A DNA stretch of 64,000 nt from Alphaproteobacteria bacterium (GCA_047635695.1 JBLILN010000001.1:140898-204897), one strand, 5' to 3'. Positions 35,685 through 45,898 are shown, numbered from the stretch's first letter. Made by a program: numbers and translations. Notes: generated by a model from the letters alone, not told the origin.

Positions 35685-37022
35685 ATGATACCGATGAAAA
35701 AAACACTTATTTCTTTATCTCTCGCCCTTACGGCAATGGTTACAATTTTCTCTAGTAACGCTTTAGCACTTAGTGAGGAAGCTTATGAAAAATTAGACAT
35801 TCTAGCCAATGTATTTGAGCGTATTAAATCAAGCTATGTGACAGATGTAACTGACACAGAAGTTCTAGAATCGGCTATTAACGGTATGCTTGTTTCTCTC
35901 GACCCACATTCATCCTACATGGCCAAAGACGGCTACAAAGACATGCGTGAGCAAACAAGCGGTGAATTTGGTGGCCTTGGTATTGAAGTAACGATGGAAC
36001 GTGGTGTGGTGAAAGTTGTTTCTCCTATTGATGATACACCTGCTGCTGAAGCTGGCCTTGAGCCTGGTGATTTTATTATTAAAATTGACGGCGAAGATGT
36101 CCAAGGACAATCTTTGGGTGAAGCTGTTGATAAAATGCGCGGTAAAGTCGGTACAAAAATTGTGATTAAAGTTTACCGTGAAAGCGAAAAGAAGGCATTT
36201 GATGTCACTATTGTGCGTGCAAAAATTAAAGTAACGCCTGTTAAATCGCATCTCGAAGATGATGGTGTGGGTTACCTGCGTATCACAACGTTTAATGCCA
36301 AAGTAGACTCTGATGTTGAAAAGGCGATTAAAGACATGGTTAAAGCAAATGATGGTGAGCCACTGCGTGGCCTTGTTCTTGACTTGCGTAACAACCCAGG
36401 TGGTCTTTTAACACAAGCGGTTGCGGCGTCTGACGCCTTTTTAGAAAAAGGCCAAATTGTTTCAACAAAAGGCCGTGTTTCAAGCCAAAACCAAGAATTT
36501 AACGCAAGCAGCGGTGACCTTATTAACGGCAAACCTATTGTTGTACTGATTAATAAAGGTAGTGCTTCAGCTTCTGAAATTGTTGCGGGTGCCTTGCAGG
36601 ACCACAAACGTGCAGTAATTATTGGAACAACAAGCTTTGGTAAAGGGAGCGTGCAAACAGTTATGCCATTACCAGGTGGCAATGGTATGCGCTTAACCAC
36701 AGCCCTTTATTACACACCTTCAGGGCGTTCTATCCAAGCGGAAGGCATTAAGCCTGACGTTGTTGTGAAGCCAGCGAAGGTCGAAGAATTTGACGCTGGA
36801 GACGAAAGTTTTGGTGAAGCGGCACTTAAAGGACATATCGAACTACCAGACGATATTGACGATAAGAGCAAGGACGCTAAAAAAGACCGTGAAAAACGTG
36901 TCAGCGCTAAACAAAAAGAAGTAGATGAGAAAAAGCTTGAGCGTCGTAAGAATGACTTCCAACTGCAACGTGCCATTGGTATGGTGAAAGCGTTGAGTAT
37001 TTGGTCAGAAGCGAAAAAATAG
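35685..37022 (+). CDS. ctpA: Carboxy-terminal processing protease (S41 family)
   Basis: PDZ region (GLEPGDFIIKIDGEDV). Catalytic Ser/Lys context GSASASEIVAGALQD ... TSFGKGSVQ. Confidence 0.9.
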   Translation: MIPMKKTLISLSLALTAMVTIFSSNALALSEEAYEKLDILANVFERIKSSYVTDVTDTEVLESAINGMLVSLDPHSSYMAKDGYKDMREQTSGEFGGLGIEVTMERGVVKVVSPIDDTPAAEAGLEPGDFIIKIDGEDVQGQSLGEAVDKMRGKVGTKIVIKVYRESEKKAFDVTIVRAKIKVTPVKSHLEDDGVGYLRITTFNAKVDSDVEKAIKDMVKANDGEPLRGLVLDLRNNPGGLLTQAVAASDAFLEKGQIVSTKGRVSSQNQEFNASSGDLINGKPIVVLINKGSASASEIVAGALQDHKRAVIIGTTSFGKGSVQTVMPLPGGNGMRLTTALYYTPSGRSIQAEGIKPDVVVKPAKVEEFDAGDESFGEAALKGHIELPDDIDDKSKDAKKDREKRVSAKQKEVDEKKLERRKNDFQLQRAIGMVKALSIWSEAKK

Positions 37023-37027
37023 TTTAA

Positions 37028-38014
37028 GTGAAATCCTTTAAACCTTACATACTCGCCATAGCCGCCACATTGTTGGCGGCTGGCTCTTATTGTATTGCAT
37101 GGGTGAATATGCAAGACCTTAAAGACTTGCGCGCGTTACCTATTGCTGAAACGGTCGTTGTTTCTGGTATTTACGCGTCAGCCCCTGTGGTTGTGGATGA
37201 AGTGCCTGTTACTTTAGCCATGAGCCAAAGAGAGGTGAGTGCCACGATTGAAGCTGTAGGCTTACTCACATCGACGCCTGCGCAAAAACACTGGCAAAAA
37301 AATAGTAAAGCCGAAGCACTAAAGCCAGGTAAAAGTTATATCGCTATTGTTATTGATGACGTTGGCGTTGTGGCGGACCGTTCTAAACGCTCGATTGAAG
37401 AGCTGCCCAAAGAAGTGACTTTGTCATTTTTACCTTACGGTGATGCTACAGCTGAGCTTGCAAAGCAAGCTTATGACTTAGGGCATGAAGTGATGATCCA
37501 CCTACCAATGCAGCCAAAGCTGAGCGCTGACGGTTATGTTGTCGACCCGGGTGAGGGCGCGCTTTACACAAATTTAGAAATATCTGAAATTGCACCGTTG
37601 ACGGCGCTGAATTTTAAAGGCCTTTCTTCTATCGCTGTGGGTGTCAACAATCACATGGGTTCAAAGTTTACTGAGTGGGCTGCGGGCTTAAGTGAAGTGT
37701 TTAAAGTGGTGGAAAAACATGAGTTGATGTTTTTAGACAGTGTGACAACCGCGAACAGTGCGGCTGAAAGTACGGTGCGTCAATACGACATACCTTTCTT
37801 AAAACGCAACGTTTTTCTTGACCACGTCATTGAAACAGATAAAATTCTACAGGCACTACACAAAACAGAACGTGTGGCAAAGTCTACGGGTTATGCCATT
37901 GCCATTGGCCACCCACATGACGAAACGACAGAGGCTATTAAGCTCTGGGCTAAAGGTTTAGAGGCAAAAAATATACAGCTGGTACCTATTACTGCGCTGA
38001 TAAAAGGGAAATAA
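37028..38014 (+). CDS. Divergent polysaccharide deacetylase family protein (YibQ-like)
   Basis: GTG start and an N-terminal TM. YIAIVIDDVG, LSFLPYG, MIHLPMQP, NNHMGSKFT and IAIGHPH match the YibQ family. It lies downstream of ctpA as usual. Confidence 0.8.
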   Translation: MKSFKPYILAIAATLLAAGSYCIAWVNMQDLKDLRALPIAETVVVSGIYASAPVVVDEVPVTLAMSQREVSATIEAVGLLTSTPAQKHWQKNSKAEALKPGKSYIAIVIDDVGVVADRSKRSIEELPKEVTLSFLPYGDATAELAKQAYDLGHEVMIHLPMQPKLSADGYVVDPGEGALYTNLEISEIAPLTALNFKGLSSIAVGVNNHMGSKFTEWAAGLSEVFKVVEKHELMFLDSVTTANSAAESTVRQYDIPFLKRNVFLDHVIETDKILQALHKTERVAKSTGYAIAIGHPHDETTEAIKLWAKGLEAKNIQLVPITALIKGK

Positions 38015-38016
38015 AC

Positions 38017-38523
38017 ATGAGTGAACAAGAAAAAACAATCGAAGATTACCTAGAAGATGATACTTACCGACAAGGTGTTGGTATTATTTTGTATAAAGGT
38101 GGTAAAGTGTTTATTGCTAAACGCAGCGACGTAAAAGATGCTTGGCAGTTCCCTCAAGGTGGTACAGAAGAGGGTGAAGATCTTTTAGACGCCGCCAGAC
38201 GTGAACTGTTTGAAGAAACGGCTCTGGTAAAAGAACAAATGGAACTGATGGCTGTTTGCCCTTTATGGATGGCATATACATTGCCTAAAAAGATGCAAAA
38301 AGACGGTTTTAAAGGACAGGTTCAAAAATGGTTCCTTTTTGAATTTAAAGAAGACGATGCTGTTATTGACTTATCAAAGGCGCAAGATAAAGAATTTAGT
38401 GATTGGCGTTGGGAAGATAAAGACGTTGTGATTGAACAAGTGGCTGACTTTAGAAAGTCTGTTTACACAGAAGTACTTAAAATATTTGCAAGCCGTATCG
38501 ATAAATCAGCAGAGCCTGCCTAA
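38017..38523 (+). CDS. rppH: RNA pyrophosphohydrolase (NUDIX)
   Basis: YRQGVGIILY..., with the Nudix box GGTEEGEDLLDAARRELFEETAL. It has an RppH-like C-terminal extension. Confidence 0.85.
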   Translation: MSEQEKTIEDYLEDDTYRQGVGIILYKGGKVFIAKRSDVKDAWQFPQGGTEEGEDLLDAARRELFEETALVKEQMELMAVCPLWMAYTLPKKMQKDGFKGQVQKWFLFEFKEDDAVIDLSKAQDKEFSDWRWEDKDVVIEQVADFRKSVYTEVLKIFASRIDKSAEPA

Positions 38524-38534
38524 AGTTTTGATAT

Positions 38535-38569
38535 AAAAAAAAGACCACCTATTGGGTGGTCTTTTTTTT
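38535..38569. terminator. Bidirectional rho-independent terminator
   Basis: A7-AGACCACC-tattg-GGTGGTCT-T8, between the convergent rppH and the 38578-38895 gene. Confidence 0.8.
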
Positions 38570-38577
38570 GTCGATAG

Positions 38578-38895
38578 CTATTTTTTAATCAAGGCCCATT
38601 TGGGCCCGTTGTAGCGCAAGGTATAAAATAGTATGGTCGCTGCAAGCGCAAGCGTAATGCTATTCCACATCACCATCACCCATTGGTTAATGGCAAAAGC
38701 ATAGACTATCCATAATGAAATACCGAAAATAAAGACGATGTACATCAGCAACGATATACCCATGGTAGCGGATTTTTTGTCGGCTGTGCGTATGATTTTT
38801 AAAACCTGCAAGGCAAAGCCAACGGTGGTTAGAAAACCTGCCGCTAAGCCAAGTATGTTAAGGTTGTTTTGCGCAAGTTCAATGATGAATTGCAT
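38578..38895 (-). CDS. SemiSWEET / PQ-loop-like small membrane protein (3 TM)
   Basis: 105 aa with three TM helices. The loop after TM1 reads ALQVLKIIRTADKKSATMGISL, in the position of the PQ-loop motif. Confidence 0.5.
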   Translation of the reverse strand: MQFIIELAQNNLNILGLAAGFLTTVGFALQVLKIIRTADKKSATMGISLLMYIVFIFGISLWIVYAFAINQWVMVMWNSITLALAATILFYTLRYNGPKWALIKK

Positions 38896-39011
38896 AGAAT
38901 TCTCCTAAAAGAGATGTATGTAAAAGAAAGAGGTGTTGCGTATTTATAAGTAAAGGTATGAAGCTTTATAGCTTTAATTTCAAGCTTTTTGTTTCATTTT
39001 TTTCATTTGTA

Positions 39012-39404
39012 TTATTTTGATGGGTGCTGGGTATGCAAGCCTGGGCTTTGGCTTTGCCTGCCGAAAAAAACACGGTTTCTAAATGAAGGGTGTGGGCATT
39101 TTTTGCTAAATAAGAAAATAGGGGCACTTTTGTATTGGTAAAACTTTGTACTGCACAAAAATAAAATAGGTTGGCAGTCGTCTTCATATGCCTTTATACG
39201 CTGACATTGACCGTTATGATCTCTTTCGAACATCGTATAAAATTTTGTTTCATCGTCAAAATATGTTTTGTAGGTTTCTGAAATTTCACATTTATCAAGT
39301 TTATGTTTTATTTGATTGTCGGGGCCAAAGGCATGGATGGTGACATCGGCCATGGCCGAGGACGTGGATAATAACAGCAGGATAAAGGTGAAAATACGTA
39401 ACAT
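39012..39404 (-). CDS. Hypothetical secreted Cys-containing protein
   Basis: Signal peptide MLRIFTFILLLLSTSSAMA. Its ATG overlaps the stop of the upstream ORF by 1 nt (TAATG). Confidence 0.5.
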   Translation of the reverse strand: MLRIFTFILLLLSTSSAMADVTIHAFGPDNQIKHKLDKCEISETYKTYFDDETKFYTMFERDHNGQCQRIKAYEDDCQPILFLCSTKFYQYKSAPIFLFSKKCPHPSFRNRVFFGRQSQSPGLHTQHPSK

Positions 39405-39892
39405 TAGCGTCTGTCTTTATCTGTGATAATTTCTTGCATAGGGTTGCCTGTTTCACGCCATAAATATGTCGCCAGTTTCATACTGTCTTTGTAATAATGT
39501 TTGTCACCAGACCAGCTGGTCACGGTTAAAAAGCCATTACTTGCTTCTATGTGTTTTGGCCAGCACATCTTTATTTTGCTTTCGCAGTACTGCTTGTCGT
39601 CACTGTGTATGAGTTCAATTTTGCCTGAAAGGGGTGTCGTTTTAACTTTGTCTTTTTTTACTTCTTTTGCTTCTAATATGAATTTTGGCAAAATACGCAT
39701 GGCACGTTTCGTTAGGTTAAATGATGCTTGCGGTAGTGTTTTTGCTGTTGTTAGTTTGACTTCGTAAGTAGGCATACCAATCAAAAATGTGGGCAGCGCG
39801 CTGGGCTGCGTTTCGCTGTCGTCAGCAAAGGATGCGGCACTAAAAAGGAAAAGAGCGAGTGCCGCTGTTAATAATGTTGTTTTAAAAAACAT
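39404..39892 (-). CDS. Hypothetical secreted protein
   Basis: Start moved to MFFKTTLLTAALALFLFSAASFA (signal peptide), which removes the overlap with icd. Confidence 0.5.
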   Translation of the reverse strand: MFFKTTLLTAALALFLFSAASFADDSETQPSALPTFLIGMPTYEVKLTTAKTLPQASFNLTKRAMRILPKFILEAKEVKKDKVKTTPLSGKIELIHSDDKQYCESKIKMCWPKHIEASNGFLTVTSWSGDKHYYKDSMKLATYLWRETGNPMQEIITDKDRR

Positions 39893-39918
39893 AAACACTG
39901 GCTCCTTTCGGTTGATAT

Positions 39919-41169
39919 TTACATGCAAGAAGTAATTTGTTCACCAAATTCACTGCATTTCACTTCTGTGGAACCGTCCATAAGGCGCGCAAAGTCGTAA
40001 GTAACATTTTTAGATTCAATGGCACCTTCAACGCCCTTGATAATAAGGTCAGCGGCTTCTATCCAGCCAAGGTGGCGTAACATCATTTCACCCGAAAGAA
40101 TAATAGATGAAGGGTTTACTTTATCGAGGCCTGTGTACTTAGGCGCTGTACCATGTGTGGCTTCAAAGATAGAGTGACCCGTGATGTAGTTGATGTTTGC
40201 GCCTGGTGCAATACCGATACCACCCACAGTGGCCGCAAGTGCATCGGAAATATAGTCACCGTTTAGGTTCATCGTCACAATCGTGCTGTATTCGCTTGGG
40301 CGTGTTAAAATTTGTTGTAAGAAGGCGTCTGCTATACAGTCCTTCATCACAAGTTTACCTTCAGGGATATTCCAATTAACGTCTTCTGCTACCACAACAC
40401 GGTCGCTAAATTCGTTACGTGCAACATCAAATGCCCAGTCTTTAAAGGCGCCTTCTGTAAATTTCATGATGTTACCCTTGTGAACAACAGTCACAGAAGG
40501 GAGATCATTTTCGAGGGCAAATTTAATCGCTTCACGGACAATGCGTTCTGTACCTTCTTTTGAAATAGGCTTGATACCGATACCAGAAGTTTCAGGGAAA
40601 CGGATTTTAGTGGCACCCATTTCATTTTGTAAGAAATCGATAACCTTTTTCACTTCAGGTGTGCCGGCTTTATATTCAATGCCTGCGTAAATGTCTTCAC
40701 TGTTTTCACGGAACACGACCATGTCGGTTAGTTCTGGGCGCTTAACAGGGGAAGGTACACCTTCAAAATAGCGTACAGGGCGTAAACAAGTGTAAAGGTC
40801 TAGCTCTTGGCGCAAAGCCACGTTTAAAGAACGGAAACCGCCGCCCACAGGTGTTGTGAGAGGGCCTTTGATACCAACAAGGTATTCACGGAAGGCTTCA
40901 AGTGTTTCTTCAGGTAGCCATAGGTCTTCGCCGTAAACTTTATTGGCTTTTTCACCCGCATAAACTTCCATCCATGAAATACGACGACGACCACCATAAG
41001 CTTTCATCACGGCAACATCTAGCACGCGCTGTGCAGTTGCCCAAATGTCAGGGCCAATACCATCACCTTCAATAAATGCAATAATGGGCTTATCGGGCAC
41101 ATTTAATTTGCCGTTAACCATCGTAATTTTTTCGCCACTGTCTGGTAGTTGGATTTTATTGAAGTCCAT
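39919..41169 (-). CDS. icd: NADP-dependent isocitrate dehydrogenase (prokaryotic homodimeric type)
   Basis: [52 protein letters not shown] and HGTAPKY. Confidence 0.95.
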   Translation of the reverse strand: MDFNKIQLPDSGEKITMVNGKLNVPDKPIIAFIEGDGIGPDIWATAQRVLDVAVMKAYGGRRRISWMEVYAGEKANKVYGEDLWLPEETLEAFREYLVGIKGPLTTPVGGGFRSLNVALRQELDLYTCLRPVRYFEGVPSPVKRPELTDMVVFRENSEDIYAGIEYKAGTPEVKKVIDFLQNEMGATKIRFPETSGIGIKPISKEGTERIVREAIKFALENDLPSVTVVHKGNIMKFTEGAFKDWAFDVARNEFSDRVVVAEDVNWNIPEGKLVMKDCIADAFLQQILTRPSEYSTIVTMNLNGDYISDALAATVGGIGIAPGANINYITGHSIFEATHGTAPKYTGLDKVNPSSIILSGEMMLRHLGWIEAADLIIKGVEGAIESKNVTYDFARLMDGSTEVKCSEFGEQITSCM

Positions 41170-41338
41170 GTGTCTCGTTACCTTCTTGTTAATTAGGTAT
41201 CTAATATAGCAAATTTACGCTTATTTTTCAGCAAAAATATTTTCTTGCTGTTTTGAAGGAGTTAGGTATACTGACGTTTATAAACAAGTAACATCTTTTT
41301 TCTTTTTATTCCTATATTTATAGGTAAGGAGGGCGCAT

Positions 41339-41713
41339 ATGACGCCTCGATTCCGACAATCTGTGACATTGCAAGATCTTGAAGCTTTTGAAAAGCATAA
41401 CCATGAGGCTTTTCTTGTGCTCATGCGTTTTTATACCAAAGTGGATAGAAATATTCCTGATAAATACAAACCAGTACTTTTAGGAGAGGCTGATTATGCT
41501 TTTTCTCATATACCAAAGGGTTTTTTAAGCCAGTTGGGTTATGTGGTGGCCAGTATTTTTCTTGCCGTTTTAGAGGTGAATATTAGTCATACATTTCTTT
41601 TTGAAAAAGAAAATGGTGGTTTTTTAGTTTCTGATTCTACCAGAATAGCCCTTAAAGCATATATAAAAAAGTATAAACCTTTGCCTATAAGTTTTCATCA
41701 AACAAACAAGTAA
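41339..41713 (+). CDS. Hypothetical protein (124 aa)
   Basis: ORF with AGGAGG 8 nt upstream of the ATG. No motif recognised. Confidence 0.45.
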   Translation: MTPRFRQSVTLQDLEAFEKHNHEAFLVLMRFYTKVDRNIPDKYKPVLLGEADYAFSHIPKGFLSQLGYVVASIFLAVLEVNISHTFLFEKENGGFLVSDSTRIALKAYIKKYKPLPISFHQTNK

Positions 41714-41939
41714 TGTTTCAATTCAATGGCTTATAAAAGTCGTCATGGTAAATGAGCTGGTTTTTAACCTGGTGAGGTAATTTTTATGATTTATACATTT
41801 AACCTTAAATGTTGCTAAGGGTGAAAGCTTAAAATTTAGTACAAATTCATTGCATGTTTCTATTAAAATAAAAGGTGCTGGTACAAAACCTTTTGATATT
41901 AAGTTTTTTAACGAATTGGCCTTAAACGGCAAAAAAACA

Positions 41940-41969
41940 CCTCATGGGGTGTTTTTTTTGTCTGAATGT
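41940..41969. terminator. Bidirectional terminator
   Basis: A7-CACCTC-at-GGGGTG-T8, immediately downstream of the minus-strand SIMPL gene. Confidence 0.65.
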
Positions 41970-41973
41970 TGAA

Positions 41974-42702
41974 TTACTGCGCTAAGTCGAGAATAACAGC
42001 CACACGAATACTCACAGCAACACGTTCTTCACTGCCTTCGACAACAGGAGCGGCCATGCTTTTACTATCCATAGCCATCTCTGATATCATGTTATGACGC
42101 ATTTGTGGTCTTGTTACTTGTTGGTTTGAAACGTCGATGGAGCCAATATGAAATGTGCTTGCACCTAATTGCGTTGCAACACTTTTGGCGCGGTCTTGTA
42201 CACGTTTTAAGGCTTCGTTGATGAGGGCGGTGCGGAAGCTTGCAGCTTTTTCACGGCTGAGGTAATAGTTGATACCTGAAATGTTAAAGCCTTGCGCCTG
42301 TAATTTTTGTGCAACGTCAAGGATAAGTTCCTTATTGGCACTATCGAGGATAATTTCTTGGCTCCCTGTCCAGCCATCATTCTTTTTAAGAGCAGCGTTC
42401 CAGCGTTGGTTAACACGGTAAGCGCCGGTTGAAACTTTAACATCTGTATATTTTTTGGCAATAGACACGGCGTATGTCATTTTTTCATTGATGCGGTTTT
42501 GTAGTGTCGTGTTTATTTTTGACTCTTCTTCTATGCGTAAAGTCGCCTTTATGCGGTCTTGTTCGACCTCTTTCTCGGCTGATTCACTTAAGTTAAGAAC
42601 GGTCTTGTTGTCAATAAACTGATAATAGCCTGTATCCTTTGCGTTGGCTGTCATTGTAAATGCCATGGCGCAAGCAAAGAAAGTGAAGATAGTCTTTTTC
42701 AT
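41974..42702 (-). CDS. SIMPL/DUF541 domain periplasmic protein
   Basis: Signal peptide present, about 240 aa. The pattern D.IKATLRIEEE ... SGINYYLS ... R.ALI.EALKRVQDRAK is typical of DUF541/SIMPL proteins. Confidence 0.7.
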   Translation of the reverse strand: MKKTIFTFFACAMAFTMTANAKDTGYYQFIDNKTVLNLSESAEKEVEQDRIKATLRIEEESKINTTLQNRINEKMTYAVSIAKKYTDVKVSTGAYRVNQRWNAALKKNDGWTGSQEIILDSANKELILDVAQKLQAQGFNISGINYYLSREKAASFRTALINEALKRVQDRAKSVATQLGASTFHIGSIDVSNQQVTRPQMRHNMISEMAMDSKSMAAPVVEGSEERVAVSIRVAVILDLAQ

Positions 42703-42749
42703 GAGTTTTATAGCCTTTTGTTGTTTAATGAAGTTTAGCAGGTATTGAG

Positions 42750-42778
42750 AAAAAGAAAAAGGCCGCTTAAAGCGACCC
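42750..42778 (-). terminator. Terminator of rpmB
   Basis: Minus strand reads GGTCGC-tttaa-GCGGCC followed by TTTTTCTTTTT. Confidence 0.6.
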
Positions 42779-42799
42779 TTTTAAAATTTTTAAGAAAGA

Positions 42800-43117
42800 C
42801 TATTTAGCTTCAGTTGTTTCAGTAGCTTCAGTCGTTTTCTTGATAATAAGTTTACGTAAACGTTTTGCAGCAATTGAGAAAGTCTCAGTGTTACGGTTTT
42901 TAACGTTTAACATGAAAGCATCAAATCCACCGAACTTGTCAACAGTACGCATAGCGTTTGTAGAAAGACGTAGAGAAATCATACGGTTTAGTGTTTCACT
43001 AAACATAGATTTTTCTTGAAGGTTTGGTAGGAAACGACGTTTTGTGTGTCTCATTGAGTGAGAAACGTTGTTACCTGACATTGGGCTCTTACCTGTAATT
43101 TCACATACGCGAGACAT
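42800..43117 (-). CDS. rpmB: 50S ribosomal protein L28
   Basis: MSRVCEITGKSPMSGNNVSHSMRHTKRRFLPNLQEK. Confidence 0.93.
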   Translation of the reverse strand: MSRVCEITGKSPMSGNNVSHSMRHTKRRFLPNLQEKSMFSETLNRMISLRLSTNAMRTVDKFGGFDAFMLNVKNRNTETFSIAAKRLRKLIIKKTTEATETTEAK

Positions 43118-43258
43118 TTTGCTGCTTCCTTAATATTCTATATCTTTAATCAAAACTTTTTGTGACGTTTAGCCACTTGTTGGGCATTTAGCCTTTTATT
43201 GCGCAGTTTGTCAACAATATTTTGAACAAATATACAATTTTTTCATTAATAGGCCATT

Positions 43259-44269
43259 TTAATTATTCAGGTGCGGTATGTTGTGATGAATACTCGAAGG
43301 TATCCATAACGTTGCTGTGCATGACAAATCGTGGAAAATACCAAGCTTTGTTGTATAGGAAATATGGCCATTGTCATTGACAAGGTCTAACCATTTTTTA
43401 GGGCCACCTGAGCCTGAAAATTTAACAGACACCTTATAAGGGGTAAGTGGAGGCGCAACATTTATATTCATTTTTTCACAAGGTATATTAAATGATATCT
43501 CTTTTTCTGTGGCCGTGAGTTTAATGGTGCGCGTAAAAGTGTTAAACCAAGCAAGGCAAAATATCACAAAGGCGATAAAGATCAGAATATATCTTGTCTT
43601 GATGACTGTTTTTTCTTTAATAAAGTAACTCCCTATGGTTGCTGTAAGTGCAACGCAGGCAATGCCCCAGACAATATCTGTAAAGAAGTGTGCGCCATAT
43701 ATCATGCGACCATAGCCCATAAGGACGCCCGATAAAATACCTGCACTTAAAAAGGCTTTGGCCAGAACAGGTTTTCGACGTCTGAGTATAAAGAAGGGGA
43801 CAAGGAGCATGGCAGCCGTTGCCACGTGACCTGAAGGGAATGATTTGTCGTGGAATTTTTGTGGTGCTTTGCCATTAAGGTTAAAGGGCAGTGTATAAGG
43901 GGCGGCTCCATTTAAAATAACAGTGGTACGTGGGCGTGGTCTTTCAACGCTGTCTTTTAATATACTATGCACCAGTAGCCCTGCGCCAAAGACAAGGGTG
44001 AATAACCAAATAAGTGCTGTGTGGTTAAGAGTGGGATACTTTTTTCGTAAAGGCGGTATAAGTATAAATACCAAGAGGGCAATGCTTATTGCAATAAAGG
44101 GTGTTGGTGCGTATTCTTTAGCCAGCCATGCAAAGTGACTTTCTGGGTTATGGCTTAGGCGTGCAAATGTTTGGTCGAGGTCAAATATAATGCTTAAAGC
44201 TGTTATGAAGCTAGATATACCCAGTATTATAAAAACGTCTCTTTTTAAAGTGGCGAAATTCATGTGCAT
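43259..44269 (-). CDS. PAP2 family lipid phosphatase with an extra C-terminal domain
   Basis: The three acid-phosphatase motifs are KDSVERPRP, PSGH and GRMIYGAHFFTDIVWG, within about 6 TM helices. A non-membrane C-terminal extension of about 100 aa follows. Confidence 0.8.
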   Translation of the reverse strand: MHMNFATLKRDVFIILGISSFITALSIIFDLDQTFARLSHNPESHFAWLAKEYAPTPFIAISIALLVFILIPPLRKKYPTLNHTALIWLFTLVFGAGLLVHSILKDSVERPRPRTTVILNGAAPYTLPFNLNGKAPQKFHDKSFPSGHVATAAMLLVPFFILRRRKPVLAKAFLSAGILSGVLMGYGRMIYGAHFFTDIVWGIACVALTATIGSYFIKEKTVIKTRYILIFIAFVIFCLAWFNTFTRTIKLTATEKEISFNIPCEKMNINVAPPLTPYKVSVKFSGSGGPKKWLDLVNDNGHISYTTKLGIFHDLSCTATLWIPSSIHHNIPHLNN

Positions 44270-44333
44270 TGGTTATCCTTAGTTTTAATTGCGTCCACTA
44301 TAGATAAAAAAATAAAAAGAAGCGACCCTTAAT

Positions 44334-45896
44334 ATGAAATATACATCTGATGAAAATTTAAAACCTGTTCTGTTAACGGTGTTTGCTTTATTTATATTAC
44401 GCCTTGTTTTTGTTGCCTTTGGCCCTATAGACCTTTCACCTGACGAAGCCCATTACTGGGAATGGTCACGCTACTTAGATTTAAGCTATTATAGTAAGCC
44501 ACCTCTTGTGGCTTGGTTGAATTATATATCAACATCTATTTTTGGTAACACACACGTTGGTGTACGTTTTTTTAGTTGTTTGGCTTTATCAGTATTGAGT
44601 TTTGTGGCTTACTTAATCGCACATCAGGCGGCGGGTCAAAAAGCAGGTTGGTTTGCCTTGTTACTCATTAACTTAACGCCAGAGTTCGCTGCGGGTGGTC
44701 TGATGATGACACCTGACGTGCCTTCATTAACATTTTGGGCGCTCGGGTTGTATATGTTGACTAAAATTGACTTTGAAGCTGCTGACGTACCTTATAGGAA
44801 GTTTGTTATACTCGGTGTTTTTCTAGGATTTGCAGGTTTAGCAAAATATACGACAGCCTTGTTTTACCCCATGCTTGGCCTTTATCTACTTCTAAGTAAA
44901 CAGCGCCGTGCATGGCTTTTAAAGCCTCATATTTATATTGCAGGGTTTGTTTCGCTTGTAATGCAAGCGCCTGTTTTATATTGGAACTATATGCACGATT
45001 TTATTGGTTTAAAGCATGTTATGGGTCAAAGTGCGGGCAGTAGTGACTTTTCAGGATTTAAAAGTTTAGGCAATTTTTTGGGTGGTCAATTGGGTGTTGT
45101 TTCGCCGGTTACCTTTATATTATTGCTCTGTGCTTGGGGCGCGGTTGCTTGCTTGTTGTGGCGAGGGCGTGCGGTCAAAGCACAAACACAAACACAAAAG
45201 CAAAAAACACTCGAAATTCTATGGTATTTTTCAGCGCCTATATTTTTGGCGTTTCTTATTAAGTCCACAGGTTCTAAGGTTCAACCTAATTGGCCTGTTC
45301 TTTCTATATATGGTGGTTTTATATTACTGGCTATATGGGTTTCTGCTGCGGGTAAAGGGCTAAGGCGTACCTTTATTGCAGGCTTGATTTTTTCTACCTT
45401 ATTGACGGTTATATCACACGATACATTCATTGTGCGTAAGGTTTTAAAAATGGCAGGGTCTGATGTGGTGGTGCCTTTTAAGCGTGATCCTTTAAAACCC
45501 GCTTTGGGTTGGCGTGGTTTAGGGCAGGCTATTTCAGCAAAGGTTGACCCTGTATTAAACGGTATTGAGCCTATTATTTTAATGACCCGTTACCAAACGG
45601 CGAGTGAGCTTTCATTTTATATGAAGGGTAACCCTAAAATTATTTACGTCAACCCTGGTTATAGACGTCAAAACCAGTATGATTTGTGGCCTTGGCCAGA
45701 AGGTATGGGCGAAAAACCAGTGGTATATATACGTGAAAATGGTGTAATAGAGCCTTTCATTTTTAATGCTTTTGAAAATTGTGCGCATTTGGGTGCTGTG
45801 GCTTCACGCCGTGATAATGTATTGATGCGTCAGGCTAATGTATATTTATGTTTTGGTTATAAGGGGCTAGAAAGACCGCGCCCAGAAAGATACTAA
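44334..45896 (+). CDS. Glycosyltransferase family 39 (ArnT/PMT-like) membrane protein
   Basis: SPDEAHYWEWSRYLDLSYYSKPPLVAWL is the GT39 DE/loop-1 signature. It has more than 10 TM helices and a soluble C-terminal domain. Confidence 0.8.
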   Translation: MKYTSDENLKPVLLTVFALFILRLVFVAFGPIDLSPDEAHYWEWSRYLDLSYYSKPPLVAWLNYISTSIFGNTHVGVRFFSCLALSVLSFVAYLIAHQAAGQKAGWFALLLINLTPEFAAGGLMMTPDVPSLTFWALGLYMLTKIDFEAADVPYRKFVILGVFLGFAGLAKYTTALFYPMLGLYLLLSKQRRAWLLKPHIYIAGFVSLVMQAPVLYWNYMHDFIGLKHVMGQSAGSSDFSGFKSLGNFLGGQLGVVSPVTFILLLCAWGAVACLLWRGRAVKAQTQTQKQKTLEILWYFSAPIFLAFLIKSTGSKVQPNWPVLSIYGGFILLAIWVSAAGKGLRRTFIAGLIFSTLLTVISHDTFIVRKVLKMAGSDVVVPFKRDPLKPALGWRGLGQAISAKVDPVLNGIEPIILMTRYQTASELSFYMKGNPKIIYVNPGYRRQNQYDLWPWPEGMGEKPVVYIRENGVIEPFIFNAFENCAHLGAVASRRDNVLMRQANVYLCFGYKGLERPRPERY

Positions 45897-45898
45897 GC

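Noticed and set aside
35910-37114. Antisense ORFs (113, 142 and 134 aa) across ctpA
   Set aside because: The ctpA frame carries unmistakable S41 protease motifs. The antisense frames have biased Arg/Ser/Pro composition.
45165-45200. ACAAAC-like microsatellite (GCACAAACACAAACACAAAAGCAAAAAACAC) inside the GT39 gene
   Set aside because: There are only about 2.5 imperfect units, they are in frame (KAQTQTQKQKT), and they sit in a predicted loop. That is too short to argue for phase variation.
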